From NCBI RefSeq assembly GCF_006345805.1, contig NW_021832224.1, positions 248,001 to 312,000 of the forward strand: a stretch of DNA of 64,000 nt, read 5' to 3'. The translations under genes and the position numbers were made by a program. The notes beneath the pieces are model-generated. The model worked only from the letters and a program-made list of their open reading frames with translations. It searched no databases and was not told where the DNA came from. Below, in pieces: positions 1-12,776 of this stretch. Source of the DNA: Octopus sinensis (Eukaryota). Position 1 is the stretch's first letter, and every line of letters starts with the position of its first letter.

Positions 1-539
1 GGAAAAGAATATATGAGGATAATGCACGAAATATTTGGAGATTTTGAAGATTTATTGAGCAAATATAAAGACGTTGAGAAAATAAAATCAGTCGGAAATG
101 GTCTTATTCTAGCCTCGGGTCTGGACGAGTCTAAAAGAAGTGAAAATGAAAATGAGTTTGACCACATTTCTGCCCTTACGAACTATGGATTTGATCTTTT
201 GAAATGTCTTGAGAATTTTAATAAGAGCGTCATCAGTTTTGAATTTCAGATGGCAATTGGGCTTAATGTCGGCAATGTATTTACCTCTTATCACTATTTC
301 AGGTTACTGCTGGAGTAATAGGGACTGAAAGACTGTTATACGACATTTGGGGAGACACTGTCAATGTTGCGTCCCGAATGTACTCCACTGGAGAGAATGG
401 TTCGATTCAAACAACAAAAAAAACTGCCGAATTGTTGGCTACTTTGGGATATGAGATTGAACTTCGCGGAGTATTTGATGTAAAGGGCAAAGGTCTTATG
501 GAAACTTACAGAATTATTTCTTTGAGCAATAAAAATTAA
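1..539 (+). CDS. Adenylyl cyclase, C-terminal catalytic domain (5'-partial)
   Basis: VEKIKSVG...GLNVGN, then a 26-nt intron (277-302, GTATTT..TTCAG), then VTAGVIG..YDIWGDTVNVASRM..VKGKGLMETY; stop TAA at 537-539. These are class III nucleotidyl cyclase motifs. Confidence 0.92.
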
Positions 540-666
540 ATAAGACTACAAACTTATTTTAAGCGAGTCGGCAGTTAGTCCCGTAATCCCACTAATCATC
601 AAAAAAATTCGTAAAATCCACGGCTAATGGCTTAGCCGAAACTTCGATTTTTTATAAGATAATTAG

Positions 667-1533
667 TAAAACAACATTTTTATTGACTTAAAAAAATAAA
701 AATTGCCCTTAAAAAGTCAATGTAATTGACCTTAAAATTTTAAAAATTGACCAAATAATTGACCGTAAAAATACTACTTTATTTTCATATATAAACTACG
801 TTTATGAAAATTTAAAGTAATTTTATTCATCGTTTATCGAGTTATTTACAATTAAGTAATATTTTACATTATCCACTTTAAAATTCCTATCCTTGGCTAA
901 GATTTTGTTAAGAATCGAAAATGATCGTTCTACTGCGCACGATGTTGCCTGACATTCAATCAACAAAGAATAATCTAAAGATGAAATGGAATGATCATCG
1001 AAATTCATAATTTTTGTGATATCATTGGAATTCATCCTTTTGATAATATAATTTTTTATTCCACACACGTCTAATTTTTTATTCCGTTGGAATTCATCCT
1101 GTGTTTGTTCACAAAAAATTGTTTCTTGCATGTCACATGTAACTCACATAATTTACAAAAAAGCATTCAATTTGGTGTAATTGTAAACTCTTTAGGATAT
1201 TTTTCACAAATATTTTTAGCTTTTTTAAAATCCGAAGGTTTATTTTTAGGCATAAGTACACTATAATATAGTTTAAAATTTGTTACAATAAAAGACAAAT
1301 GTCACTGCGACTATTTTAAATTTATTTTGATGCTTAAAATAATATTATTTAAATTTTTATTTAAAAATTGACCTAATTAAAAAAATTGACCTGGAAATCT
1401 AAAAAGTTGACCAAATTGACCTAAAGAACTTTTTATATAAACTTTTTTTTGACTTTATTTTAATTTAATCATTATTTTTAGACTTAAGTCTAACTCTGGA
1501 TTGAAGTTGACTTTATTGACTTATGTTGCCCTA
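667..1533 (-). mobile_element. Non-autonomous hAT DNA transposon remnant
   Basis: Exact 8-bp TSD ATAATTAG at 659-666 and 1534-1541. Degenerate TIRs TAAAACAACAT / ATGTTGCCCTA. Subterminal ATTGAC repeats. ORF 823-1131 has the hAT dimerisation motif SCAVERSFS..ILAKDR. Confidence 0.85.
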
Positions 1534-1677
1534 ATAATTAGTATTCAAAAATATTTTACTAACGATTTTTGATAGAAAATGTATCATTTTGAATTTATTT
1601 TAGAAAAATATAAAACAGGAATATTTTATTTAGATAATTAAATTCAAACATTAATTAACGTTGTCGTGGTTGTTCTG

Positions 1678-2167
1678 ATGTTGAGAGGTTTGGTTTCTCG
1701 TTTAACAACAAATATGAAGATTCTGTCAATTCCAGGTAATAAACCTTAAACAACGTTAGCTCGAAATATGAGCCACGAAGTAAAGGAGACCGAAGATCAA
1801 TTTGACAATCGTTTTGTGGGATATTTCAACAACGAGGATATTGACTGTTGGGAAATCAGGACTAGATTCCAAGAATTAATGTCCCTTGATCTGATTCCCG
1901 AACCTCGAATAATAGTGGCCGCCCTTTGCGCCTGTCGTCGAGTGAATGACTATGCACTGACGACTCGTATTTTGGAGGCAGTCCACGTATGCAAAATTCT
2001 CAATTTCCCAGGCCAAGACTGCTCCAAGAACTAAAGAAATCTGGCCATACATAATGCAGGAGATCAAGCCAACGTTAGACAGACTCGGAATAAGCACACA
2101 TATCGAGATGGGCTATGACAAACCAGAGTTGTTTAGTTATTCCATGCTCCGAGATGAGTCATACTAA
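1678..2167 (+). CDS. COX5A: Cytochrome c oxidase subunit 5A, 3 exons
   Basis: Presequence, then [75 protein letters not shown]. Introns 1736-1759 (24 nt) and 1987-2011 (25 nt). Confidence 0.95.
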
Positions 2168-2960
2168 CACTAATAATATGACAAATAACGCATTTAAATC
2201 TAAAAAATGGCTGTTTTAATCAGTGTTTGTAGTTGACTTATATTCAGGTGAACAGACTCGGTTTTGTGATTTCCGTTTTTGTTAATAAGATTTTTGTTGG
2301 TGTTTTTTATTTATAAGATATTTTCTGTTATTTTTAGGTTGCTTTGCTTTTTTGTGAAAGGTCTTGAAAATGAAGAAAAATTTAAATAAGTGGTTTTTTG
2401 TTGAATAAAAGTAGTTGACCGATTAATTTAGAAGTGTTATAATTTGTCAATTTTTTAGTTCTACTTTGATATCGATATGTTTATCAAGTGCTATTCAAGT
2501 TGCCAGTTATAATTGGTTATGAAATAGCGTTTTAACCTGAACATTGTCCTCAAAACGAGAATGTTTGGCATTTAAAGCACGCAGATTTCTTAAGAATATA
2601 AGATAGGGAATTATGAGCCCAGAGTAGAAACTTTGTAGGCGACTCTGAAAAGTAATATCATTGTAGCTACGCTTTCAAAAATTGGAAATTGTAACTCTTT
2701 TTAATAAAGTACAATTGAGTAATTAAGCGTAAAATTCTTGTCACGTGTACACTCTTATCACTCTTTTTTACACAAAAAAAGAAAGCTTAAAATAGTTATC
2801 TAACACTTTCTGTTTTAATAGCTCATTTAAAAAGCACATAAACGAACCAAAGGTAACTCAAAAAGGAGAAATAAGTCTCTAAAAGCAACAAAAAACCTAA
2901 AAATAGCAAATTATCAAATCTAAATGTGTCAAACGCGGCATGAAAGTGTGATTAAAAATA

Positions 2961-3898
2961 TTAATTGTCCGTCCTAGTAAGTTTTGCCGTATAAAAGTCC
3001 TTAATGATTGGGAATTTGACTTTTCTATTGAGTAATTCATCCTGTAGATGATTCAATAGTGTGTATAAATACGTCACATCCGGCTTATGATCAATAACAC
3101 AATAATTCATCAGTTGAGAAACCACATCCACAGCCAGCTAGAAATATAAATATATACTGAACCACTAAACGATTACCACAATCCAACAAATTAGCCAATT
3201 CCGGAACAGATGTTGGCTGTGGGACAACAAGCAACATCAAAACCGACTGGACTTGACCCATTAAGAACTTGTCTTGTTCACAAAAATGAGATAAATGAGT
3301 GTGTATGTAATCAATTGCGTCCTGAATTAGCTCTTTTCTTACCAATTCGACCAATTCTTGAATCTATGCCTCATAATTTCTCTCTTTACCAACAAACGAC
3401 GAAATATATTTACATTTGAATGCAAAAAACTTGGAAAATTTTTCAGAATGAACTCCCAAGCCCGTCCAATGTTGCCTTCTATAATCTCTATTCGAATAAG
3501 TTCAAAAATTTGCATCAAATTTTCTTCTTCCAAAGAAATTCCCGCCTCTTTGACAAATATTTGATTGGCTTTTAAAAATCCATCTACAATCAACAAATTT
3601 GTCAACTATTAGATAGAAAATTCGAAATGAGCTGATTGGATTTCTCTACCGACTGTGTTGTGTGGATATTCTTTGTCCACTCTTCCATGCTGACTTCTGT
3701 CTCGACTTGTTTTTTAGTAGGAACTTGAGTGGAATGACTGGTTCTTTAAAATATTAAAAATATAAGGACTGTTGAGATATACCCCGAGAAGGGGGGTTAC
3801 GACTGCTTCGAATAAAGTTCATTACTTCTTCCATGGTTCTGTTATATTTAGTTATAATATTACCTAACATTATCCACTGACATCAGAAATCTGGCCAT
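2961..3898 (-). CDS. GID8: CTLH/GID complex subunit GID8 (Twa1)-like; LisH-CTLH-CRA, multi-exon
   Basis: LisH-like (NLLIVDGFLKANQIFVKEAGI), CTLH-like (IRIEIIEGNIGRAW..MVELVRKELIQDAIDY) and CRA-like C-terminus ending FPIIKDFYTAKLTRTDN*. The start codon is approximate. Confidence 0.72.
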
Positions 3899-4189
3899 TC
3901 AAACTATTAATATTTATTTTTAAATCATATTAATACAATCATTAAATTATATTTATTTAATAATTTTATTAATTATTCATTTTCAATATTACTATATTAA
4001 CTTATCAGTAAAATATTTATCCGAAATTAAAAAAAACCATAACTGCCAGAAATAACCTTTTTTCCAATAAATTAAGACGTTAAAAACATCTTATTTTTAA
4101 AATATAAAAATAATATTCCAAATCAACAAAAATATCGTGTTATCTACTTAAAAGTTTAAAAAGCATGCGCTAAGTTTAAAATAATAAAA

Positions 4190-4600
4190 ATCGTGGGAAA
4201 ACTTCTTACAGAACTATTTATATTTGCTTTCCATAGCGGTTTCCGTGAATAAAGATCGACTTCTGACATTGTTTGGAGTTATAGATTGCGATGTGCCACT
4301 ATTTAAGGGTTCAAAAATGCGACAAACATTTTCGGATATGTCAAGATCTTTCGATTAATCGTCAGAAATCGATGGATATCCGTAGAGAATTTTTTGACAA
4401 ATCTTCTACCCGTATTATCACCAACCTATCTATCAATCAAGGTACCAAACAGGTGCTCTGAGCCATTTGAAACAACATCGGAAACACCTCCGTTATCTCC
4501 TATGCTGTTTGTCGTATATTTGTAAGCTGCATTGGGAGATAAATAGGACGGGGATTACGCATTACGGACGTTTTTCAAGACAGAGGGAAATGAACCAGAC
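4190..4600 (+). mobile_element. Decayed RTE-like non-LTR retrotransposon RT fragment
   Basis: Broken SGFR..RSTSDIVWSYR, DMSRSFD and LSPMLFVVY motifs with stops and frameshifts. Confidence 0.6.
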
Positions 4601-4779
4601 TGATTACTCTTCTTGTTTTGTGCTTACTATGTTAATTTTAATAATGTTTTAGATTTATTAATACTTTTTCTCACGAATTTACTATGAAACAATATCTATT
4701 GTCCCATTGTAAATTTATAATAAAAAGCATGTTCAGTTTTTATTTTTGTTCACTTTATTTCTTCTATAGTGTTTATCCT

Positions 4780-5666
4780 TAAATTTTATATTTAAAATAA
4801 CACGCTTTTTTACATTCTTTTTGATATCTAAGATGTCTTCTCGTTCAAATAAGAAAAGTCGTCATCATCAAAACAAATATTTAAAATATGGGTTTATTCA
4901 AAATAAATTTTGTCAACGTGATTGATTGCAAAAGAATAATGAAAACATTTGCAAGAAATTTATTGCTTTATCGACATAATTTTTCTATAAATCAGTTTGG
5001 AAACATTTCACAAAAAACTGAAATAAGTAAATATTTTAGTAAAAACAATATTATGACATATTGTCAACATTTGATGGAACTAGAAGCGGATATATCAATT
5101 AGATTCAAAGATTTGTTTGATTTGGAATTTTAATCATGGATGATTGATCCGTTTTCATGTGTGCTAGAAAATATGAACGAAACAATCTAAGAAGAGATAA
5201 TTGAATTGAAATATAATGAAGAATATATTCACAGATTTTAACAGGATGGTATTTCTAAATCTTGGTAATCAAAAGATCTACAAATGAAATTTTCAAATTT
5301 ATGGAAGGAAATGAAAAATGTACTATTGAGAATCCCTACCACTTATTTATTTGAAAGTGGATTTAGTTTTGTCAATCATAACACACAATGTGAAAGAAAT
5401 ATACTGGATGTGTGTTATAGAGGGGATATACGCCTAAAGTTGAGCAGAATTAAACCCGACATTGAATATTTAGCGAGTAAACATCAATATCAAGGGTCTG
5501 ACTAATAATTTTTAATAAAAATTCAATTTTTACATTTGATTTATTGTTTTATATTCTGATTTTTGAGTTATATACAAAAAAATAACCAATTAAAAGACAA
5601 TGCACGAAAATTTTAAAATTGTATGTGGACAAGGGGGCGATGAACAAAAAAGGTTGAAAATGCCTG
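4780..5666 (+). mobile_element. hAT (Buster/ZBED8-like) transposon remnant
   Basis: PTTYLFESGFS..RGDIRLKLSRIKPDIEYLASKHQYQGSD with many in-frame stops. Right TIR-like end AAAAGGTTGAAAATGCCTG at 5666. Left end not found. Confidence 0.8.
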
Positions 5667-5927
5667 ATCTATGGAATCGCAAAAGTGCATAATAATAATT
5701 CAAAAAAATCATAACTGCCAGAAGTAGCCTTTTCTTAATATTAAAAAAAGGATTCTAAATTGACCTAACTTGGAATTTGAATAAATTTTAACTTAAAAAT
5801 TGTAAACAAATTGGTTTAAATAAATGTTTTGCATATTTTTTGTAGTAAGTTTTATCGAATTTTCAAACAATAATTTTTAACGTTAATTTATGAATCAAAT
5901 CTACAGAACAGGTAATGAAATTGTATT

Positions 5928-6689
5928 TTATGAATGTTCGTTGTTAGTGTTATCTACGCATTGGTGGTTATAATTGCATTTATTCTAAGAATTTCAGAAA
6001 AATACCCACGTTTTTTTGAGATTTATTTATTGAATCAATCATCAATTCCTGCATCATAACTTGATTAAGCTGAGCATTCTGCATAGCCACAATTTCGTAA
6101 TAATCTTTGAATTTTTGTCACTTTCAACTAACCGCTTTTTTTGAAAGTTTTATTTTTAATTGGCTCAGATTTCGTTTGTGGATAGATTTGTGGAATGCAG
6201 TATGGACAGGTTGATTGACAAGGCTTGTAAAATGTCATCGGGTTTTGGCAGTGGTTATCGCATGCACAACAACAGTCATCTAATTAATGTTTGTTTATTT
6301 ATCAACTTGGAGGGCAGTGTTCATAGTTACGTGGGATGGGAAATGAATTTGCTGAAAGAAAGAGATTTTCCATATTTTTTAATTGCTAAAATAAAATCAT
6401 TGATCAACCTTTTGCAAACTGATGATTTCTTTTTGACGTTTTAGCAGTTTATTGTACATTTCCTCGTATTCTTGGCGTTCTAGAAATAATTTGAACAAAT
6501 TAGTGACCTCTGATGGTTCTTGGTCTGCGAATGCTCTCCGGGGATAAAGGTCTGTAGTCATCAAGCCTCTTTCTGTCGTTCATCAGTTTCTAATTTGCTG
6601 TGTGATTGCTTTATGGAGCAACATACTTGACGAATTATTTTTGCTTTAATTTGTGCCAAATGGTCATTTATGTCCTGAGTGGAATCCAT
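5928..6689 (-). CDS. C21orf58/DUF4587-like protein, multi-exon (absent from the ORF track)
   Basis: Spliced translation MDSTQDINDHLAQIKAKIIRQ|KLMNDRKRLDD..EEMYNKLLKRQKEIISLQK|..|DYYEIVAMQNAQLNQVMMQELMI. The QNAQ helix matches the DUF4587 signature as I recall it. Introns about 21-37 nt. One central junction and the 3' end are uncertain. Confidence 0.62.
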
Positions 6690-7059
6690 TAAGCTATTTA
6701 ATCGTAGTACTCTTGTTTTGATACGCTGCTAAGATACTAGTATAATGCTATATTGTATATTGTGTCATAGTGATCGCTCTCGTTAGTATAACATTCAATA
6801 CAATTTCAATCGCCATTTAGATAAGTGCATCCAAAGTGCCATTTATCAATAAAAATCAGATCATTGTGATATGTATTTAACTTTCAATACTAAAACTGAG
6901 ATATTTAAATTGAAACGGACCTAAAATTACAATTAAATTGAACTCAGGTCAATGAAATCAATAAATATAAGAATTGATCGAAATGTTCAAAATCATTCGG
7001 ATTATTAACAAAAAGAAACGACCAGGGAATATTGATATTTAAGACCAACATGGACGATC

Positions 7060-7965
7060 AATATGGAATATTATCGAAAAGGCGAACATAGTCTCTTCAC
7101 ACTAATTATTATCGCGGTAACTATCAAGGAAATAGGAAAAGTAAACTACAAGAAAGCGGCTGGTCCTGATAGTCGACAAATTCTTATCACCTGGACAAAG
7201 CGGTTTCAGGGAAAAAAGATTAACCGCCAAAATAGTATGGACGCACAGATGGTCTGGGGTAGCATCCCAGAAATAAAAAAAACATAAAAGTTCTGGGGAT
7301 CGACATGAATTGTGCATTCGACTCTGTACAAAGGGGACTACTTATTAACATTCTGAATACATTTATAAACATGGATGATACTAGAATGATTTCCTTGCTG
7401 TTAGAAGATACTTATCTAACTGTCAAAATTAGAAATACCGTTTCCAATTTTTTAAAACCACTCGGGGAGTTCTACAAGGAGATTCTTTGTCTTCTATTCT
7501 GTTTATTATTTATCTTGAGGCTGGACTGAGGGATTTTAGATCTGATGATTCTGACAAAACGGAATTTACATTATTCAGCCGTGCAGAGAAAATATCCGAC
7601 GAGACGTGGAAAAGACATGAGAAGATCTGATCGCTCTTGGGGGATAAGGAAAATGTAGCCAGACAGAAAATCCTTGCATCTGGTGCTTTCAGAAGCCTAT
7701 CTAAAGTATAGAGTTCGGGAAGAAGACTGTGGAAAAATAAAACTTATGATACACAAATACTTTGTAGTGCCCATCCTAATATATAACTGTGGGACATGGG
7801 GTTTGTCTAAACGGGCAATGGAGTCTATTGACAGTTTTGACCGCAGTATGCTTCGGAAAGTACTGAATATTCACTACAAAATGAAGATCGAAAACAAACA
7901 ATTATATAAGTTGAGCAAAACAGAACCAATATCCATGAAAATCAGAAGATCTAAATGGAAACTGT
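7060..7965 (+). mobile_element. Decayed RTE-like LINE (RT region)
   Basis: KAAGPD, GIDMNCAFDSVQR, VLQGDSLS and ILIYNCGTWGL motifs across frameshifts. Confidence 0.8.
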
Positions 7966-8222
7966 CACATTATAATCATTATAAGGATGGAACCTTAATT
8001 AACTTTTGTTTTCCTTGTGTTCTCGACAGTGCTGATAAAAATAAATTGTACTCAACTCATTATAAAACTTATAAAAACACATGATTAAACCACTTTCATC
8101 TCTAAACACATAATATTCTATTAAAATCGACTTTTTAAACAAAAAGTGACAACATAGTAAAAATATAGACAAAAAACAAGTCAAAAATAGATTTTTATTC
8201 AAATTCGATAATCATCATCTAA

Positions 8223-8966
8223 CTAAAACGACCTATCAAGTCGAGAAGAATACAAATTTTTCATTTCAATAGTCTTTTCCAGATGACCAATGAGATTAGA
8301 AATCTCATTGATCCTGACTTGGATATTCAAAATGTTATTTTGAGTCAAATCTGCAAGCCTCGAGTAATAATTACTGGACGATTCTGGACAATCAAGACCC
8401 AAACGGGTAAATAATTCTGACTCATTTGTCAATTTGAGCAATTTATGCTTTATATGACTCAATTTAGCTATCAATTCTTCAACTCTGGCAATTAGAATTC
8501 TCTCTAACACAATTCCACGCTCTTCCTTCAATCCAGGAGATAAATTGTTCTCAAGTTTACGCATATTGCACTCCAATTCGTTCAATTTGTTACCAAAATT
8601 GCGAATATCTTGTCCCAAACTGTCAACAGTCAATGTCATTGGACACCAACTGTGCTTCAAGTCGGTCATTTGCTTACAATACTCGTCAAAGTTAGGACAA
8701 ATCAAATTTTCTTCTGATTGTTGTAATTGTTGTTCTAATTGGTCGTATTCTGTGATTGGTTTTAAGAGTTCCAACACATTTTTGCTTAGTTTTTCAGACA
8801 GAGGATCACTTAGAGGGGTAACTTGAGGACATGTGACTTGGTTAGCAGAAAATTGAGGTTGTTGTTGAATATTTGTTTTGGAGAATAAGTTTGGAGTCGT
8901 CGGAAACTGATTATTTGGGGTTGTATTGGTGAAAGAATTGAGGGAAGGAAAAGTAAAGTTGGACAT
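8223..8966 (-). CDS. Intronless protein with F/N/T/P-rich N-terminus and coiled coil; possible nucleoporin (Nup62/Nup58-like)
   Basis: About 247-aa ORF from ATG 8966. Low-complexity FTFPS..FPTTPNLFS N-terminus followed by heptad-rich helices. The family call is a guess. Confidence 0.45.
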   Translation of the reverse strand: MSNFTFPSLNSFTNTTPNNQFPTTPNLFSKTNIQQQPQFSANQVTCPQVTPLSDPLSEKLSKNVLELLKPITEYDQLEQQLQQSEENLICPNFDEYCKQMTDLKHSWCPMTLTVDSLGQDIRNFGNKLNELECNMRKLENNLSPGLKEERGIVLERILIARVEELIAKLSHIKHKLLKLTNESELFTRLGLDCPESSSNYYSRLADLTQNNILNIQVRINEISNLIGHLEKTIEMKNLYSSRLDRSF

Positions 8967-9092
8967 TTTTAGTAAAGAATAGAACACAACGACAAAAAGC
9001 TTTCAACAATTTATTAATAAAAATATAATTAAATAAAATATTATTTTAATCTAAAGAAAAATAATAGATTAGTAGTATTAGTATTCATTATA

Positions 9093-9924
9093 TTACTCTT
9101 CTTCCACTAAATCTCCGACATCATTTTCTTCAAGAACCTTCAAAAAAGACCAACCGATATAAACCTGTTCTGGATTCTCAGTCTCGTTATCTGCTTGGAC
9201 CTCATTCTACAGCTCAGACCATCAGTCAAGTACCAAAATATCTGCCTCTGGTTCGTCGGGCTCAACAAATTCGGAAATATTTCCAGACTGACCTTCCAAA
9301 TCAGTTATTTCTTGATCATTGGATGATATTAAATTAGTTTGCTCTTCGAACCCTTCATCTTGCACTTCCGGTTCCCTTTCTTCTGTTTCTTCGACCGGTT
9401 CTTGCTCTATTTCTTCATTTCCAATGTCGATATTTTCATTTTCGACTTGGACGGGTATTTGAGGGGTCATATCTGTGTTGATTGGAATATTCTGAACGGG
9501 TTCTTCCGTTTGGTCCTCAATGCCTTCCTGTGTCGTGTCCTTAGGCAGGTCTATTTGGCTTGGTTGAGGACATTCAGGAGAAAAAGTGATTTCTTGATTT
9601 AGTTCGGGTTGAGTTGTTTCGTCACGTGTGGCCTCTCCTGGGACCTAAAATTATTTTTTGAAAGATTTTTTGCTTTAAAATTCTTAATGTTGTAATATTC
9701 GTCGTCAATTTTACGTTCGATTTCGGTTGGGTCAATATTAGTTTCTAAATGTAAATGATTTTGTATAAACCGGTTCTATTTTGGACCAGAGATGAAAAAT
9801 AGTTAGCTCCAAAAGCATAAATGTCTGTCGGCTGATTTCTGAGGACTTCCCTTGTGAACGATTCCAAAAGAGATCGAAAGCCAGGGGGAACTCTTAACTT
9901 GTTATTTGACAGAGGGATCGCCAT
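9093..9924 (-). CDS. SPA17: Sperm surface protein Sp17-like (RIIa D/D domain plus acidic tail), multi-exon
   Basis: Exon 1 reads MAIPLSNNKLRVPPGFRSLLESFTREVLRNQPTDIYAFGANYFSSL, the Sp17 RIIa domain. Glu-rich downstream exons include ORF 9222-9470. Confidence 0.8.
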
Positions 9925-10039
9925 TGTGTATCCTTGACTACTTTATTATTTTATTATTATTTAATAAAATTTAATATATTTTTATTCATATATCAAGGTT
10001 TTATACTTGTTTATTTCAAAGATTTCTATTTTTGTAATT

Positions 10040-10365
10040 TTATTTTCTCCAGTGCAATAAACGAAAAAAATTATAAAAATTGGCTAAAGGACTTTGAGCT
10101 TTTAGCCAATCAGGTTCTACAGAACTTTAATAGATCAGGATTCAGTTACGATTCAGCACGGTACACCTGCTGAAGAAATGAGACTTGAATAATAATTTAT
10201 TTACTTACTACTTTGGCTTTTGGAAGTATGGAAAAAAGCCTGTACTTTGGTGTTTATATAACCAGTACATCGTGCCTGTTGCTACACGTCCAATACGCAT
10301 TTGGCGAGCTCACTTGAGAAAAATCGAGCAAAGATAAAGACTTTTCTAAATCGTGTCGGAATCAT
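10040..10365 (-). CDS. Small 74-aa protein with mitochondrial-presequence-like N-terminus, 5 exons
   Basis: Four GT-AG introns (10282-10313, 10240-10262, 10184-10204, 10125-10149; 32/23/21/25 nt) give one open frame: MIPTRFRKVFIFARFFSTTGTMYWLFSILPKAKVVISFLQQVYRAESSVEPDWLKAQSPLANFYNFFRLLHWRK. Confidence 0.5.
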
Positions 10366-11148
10366 GTGATTTTATTTCTTCTGTCCCTTGTGTTCCAAAA
10401 AAACTCAAAAATAGATTTTTTTCAAATTTGGCAACTAGCAACTAAAAAAACCTATCAAGTCAGGAGGAATGCAAATTTTTTATTTCAATTTTCTTTTTTA
10501 AGTAGTATTTTGAAAACGATTTATTTAACAATAAAAGATACTGATTTATGAAATGCAACTCAATAATAATTGCAGATGATTATCAAAATCGAAATTGTGG
10601 GTTTACGCAATTGTTTTAATTGTGTTTTTAAATAAAAGATTTTCTATGTACTCACCACTGCTAATTCACACAAAATAATCAATACATAATAATTCAGTTC
10701 TATTTTTAGTGAGAATTGCGTAGATTTTGATTAATGTGGCCAATGTTAGAACAGTCTAAGTTGAATATGTGCCCAGAACTAAATTGTGATGTAATTGAAT
10801 TGGGATACAGACTTTCACGTTCTCAGATTAAAGAAGAAATCAACTCAAAACAGAAACCTCATATTAAACTACCACCAAAACCTGACCAAAAACCAAACCG
10901 CCCTCAAAATAAGCCAATTTAAAAAAAAAATTACAAAACAAATAATTTTGGTAAGGATTTTCTGTTTTATGTTTATAGTAATTGAACTAGAATAATCTTT
11001 ACTTAAAGACTTAAAATGAATCTTTTTGTGTTAAATAAAGTATTTTCTTCATATTAAATTTGTGGTCATATTTGATAATACCACAATAAAATAACTCTTA
11101 AATTATATATAAATACTCAAAATTAAAGAATCGTTTGATAAATATCAA

Positions 11149-12449
11149 TTATTCAGGAACAGTGAGGAACTGAATTGCAGAGACGGTGAGACAAAAGACT
11201 ACAAAAATGTAAAAACAAGACATACGTCCACCAAAAATCCCCAAAATCAGTGAAAGTGAGTCAATTCCAGTAAAAAGAGAAATCCAGGTCACCAGACAGG
11301 CATAAAAAACAATGGAAATAAACAACAGCAGCACACATCGATAAGTCAAATCGTTTGAGATTGTTGATGACGCTAAAAAATTGTATTGATGTGAAATTGT
11401 CCCTTTTTCATTAAACGTGTCTATTAGATTATCCTACAAAACTACGGTCTTCAACGTAACCTTAAAACGATATGAAGTCATAAGCCATTTCTCCAGTTCA
11501 GTCTCACTTTCAGGCATATCTGCCATATTATAAACACTAATCTGCGCAGTGATAAAAATAATAAAAATAAACGTGCATTTCTGCCACGAATTTTTTTCTT
11601 AGCATAAGATTTCTGACCGTGACCCGATAATTTCCGTGAACAGGACGAATGAGTAAAGTAGAATCAACAATATGGTCAACTGATTAGTAACTAAACCGAC
11701 TTATTACATATATTTCTTGAAGATGAAACGATAGTTGTAAATCCCCTCATTCTTGGATTAAGGAGATTTCTCAAAGATTCGATTTTGTGCTCTTTGCAGT
11801 ATTCCAGACACTCCGCATACTTCTTGGGAGTATAACGAGTCCCCTCTGGATGGAGGAGAAGCTTAGATGTAAAAAAATAAAATTTACTGTTATGGAAATA
11901 TCCTTAGGATACATTTCAAATTTATGAAGATGGTTTTTTATTGCCATTTCAGCACATTTCCAGACTCTTTTAATGAAGAGACTGTCAGTAAAAAACCAGA
12001 CCGGTCCCTGAATCGGAAGGTACCCCAACATTTTTTTCCCAATAAGTTTAGAGCCCTAAACTCAATATAAATAAAAAAACAACCCCAACAATGTTTGCCA
12101 GGTACAAAACACAATATCCCACAATAAAATCAATTTCGTAACTATGGTTTTCTATGATCAAATTATGACCCACATTCCACTTAAGAATCACTTCGGGATC
12201 ACCGTAAATATTGAGTTCGAGTCCTCCCCATTTTAGACAGAACATCGGAAAGACTTAATTCTCAATAAAAGGAATACCCGACCAAAATATGTCAGCAAAA
12301 AAATAACAGACTCTTTTATGGGAAGAGTCGTTGATGTATCTGACTGAGATATAGCTCAGGGCCATAACAGTCCCTGCAACTGTCCCAACAGCAACAAAGA
12401 CGAGGCCAAAAACAAGTGAAATTAAACCAAAAAATAACGAATCAAACAT
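11149..12449 (-). CDS. 1-acylglycerol-3-phosphate acyltransferase (AGPAT3/4-like), multi-exon
   Basis: NHSYEID (NHX4D motif), YLPIQGPVWFF..FIKRVW and HPEGTRYT, with N- and C-terminal TM helices. Confidence 0.88.
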
Positions 12450-12776
12450 TCAACTAGAATATAATGATTAAAAAATTTATTAAATTTTAATAATTATCAA
12501 AATAATTTACAACTGTCACTGTAGACAGACTCTATTCCAAACTCAAACTGGTTTACACGTTTTTCTAAAACAGCAAAAGACAAAAATTGTCACTAGATTT
12601 AATTAATAGAATCAACCTTAGTTTTTATTTGGAGGTTAACCAAGACCGAATTTGATCGGTGCTCATACAGTAGAAAACATTAGTAACTAAAGAGAATATA
12701 CCACTACTAAAATACATTCTACAAAAAACAACCTACATAACGTAATAAAGTGTTTAGTGCAATCAGTTAGTATTAG

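Noticed and set aside
2300-2925. Degenerate inverted repeats suggesting a MITE
   Set aside because: The match is low-complexity and no termini or TSD could be defined.
10080-10110. 12-bp hairpin ATTGGCTAAAGG..CTTTTAGCCAAT as an ncRNA or terminator
   Set aside because: It lies inside a predicted coding exon and matches no RNA family I recognise.
10301-10341. In-frame UGA (selenocysteine) model for the microgene
   Set aside because: A stronger GTGAG-donor intron (10282-10313) gives an open frame without UGA, and there is no redox motif.
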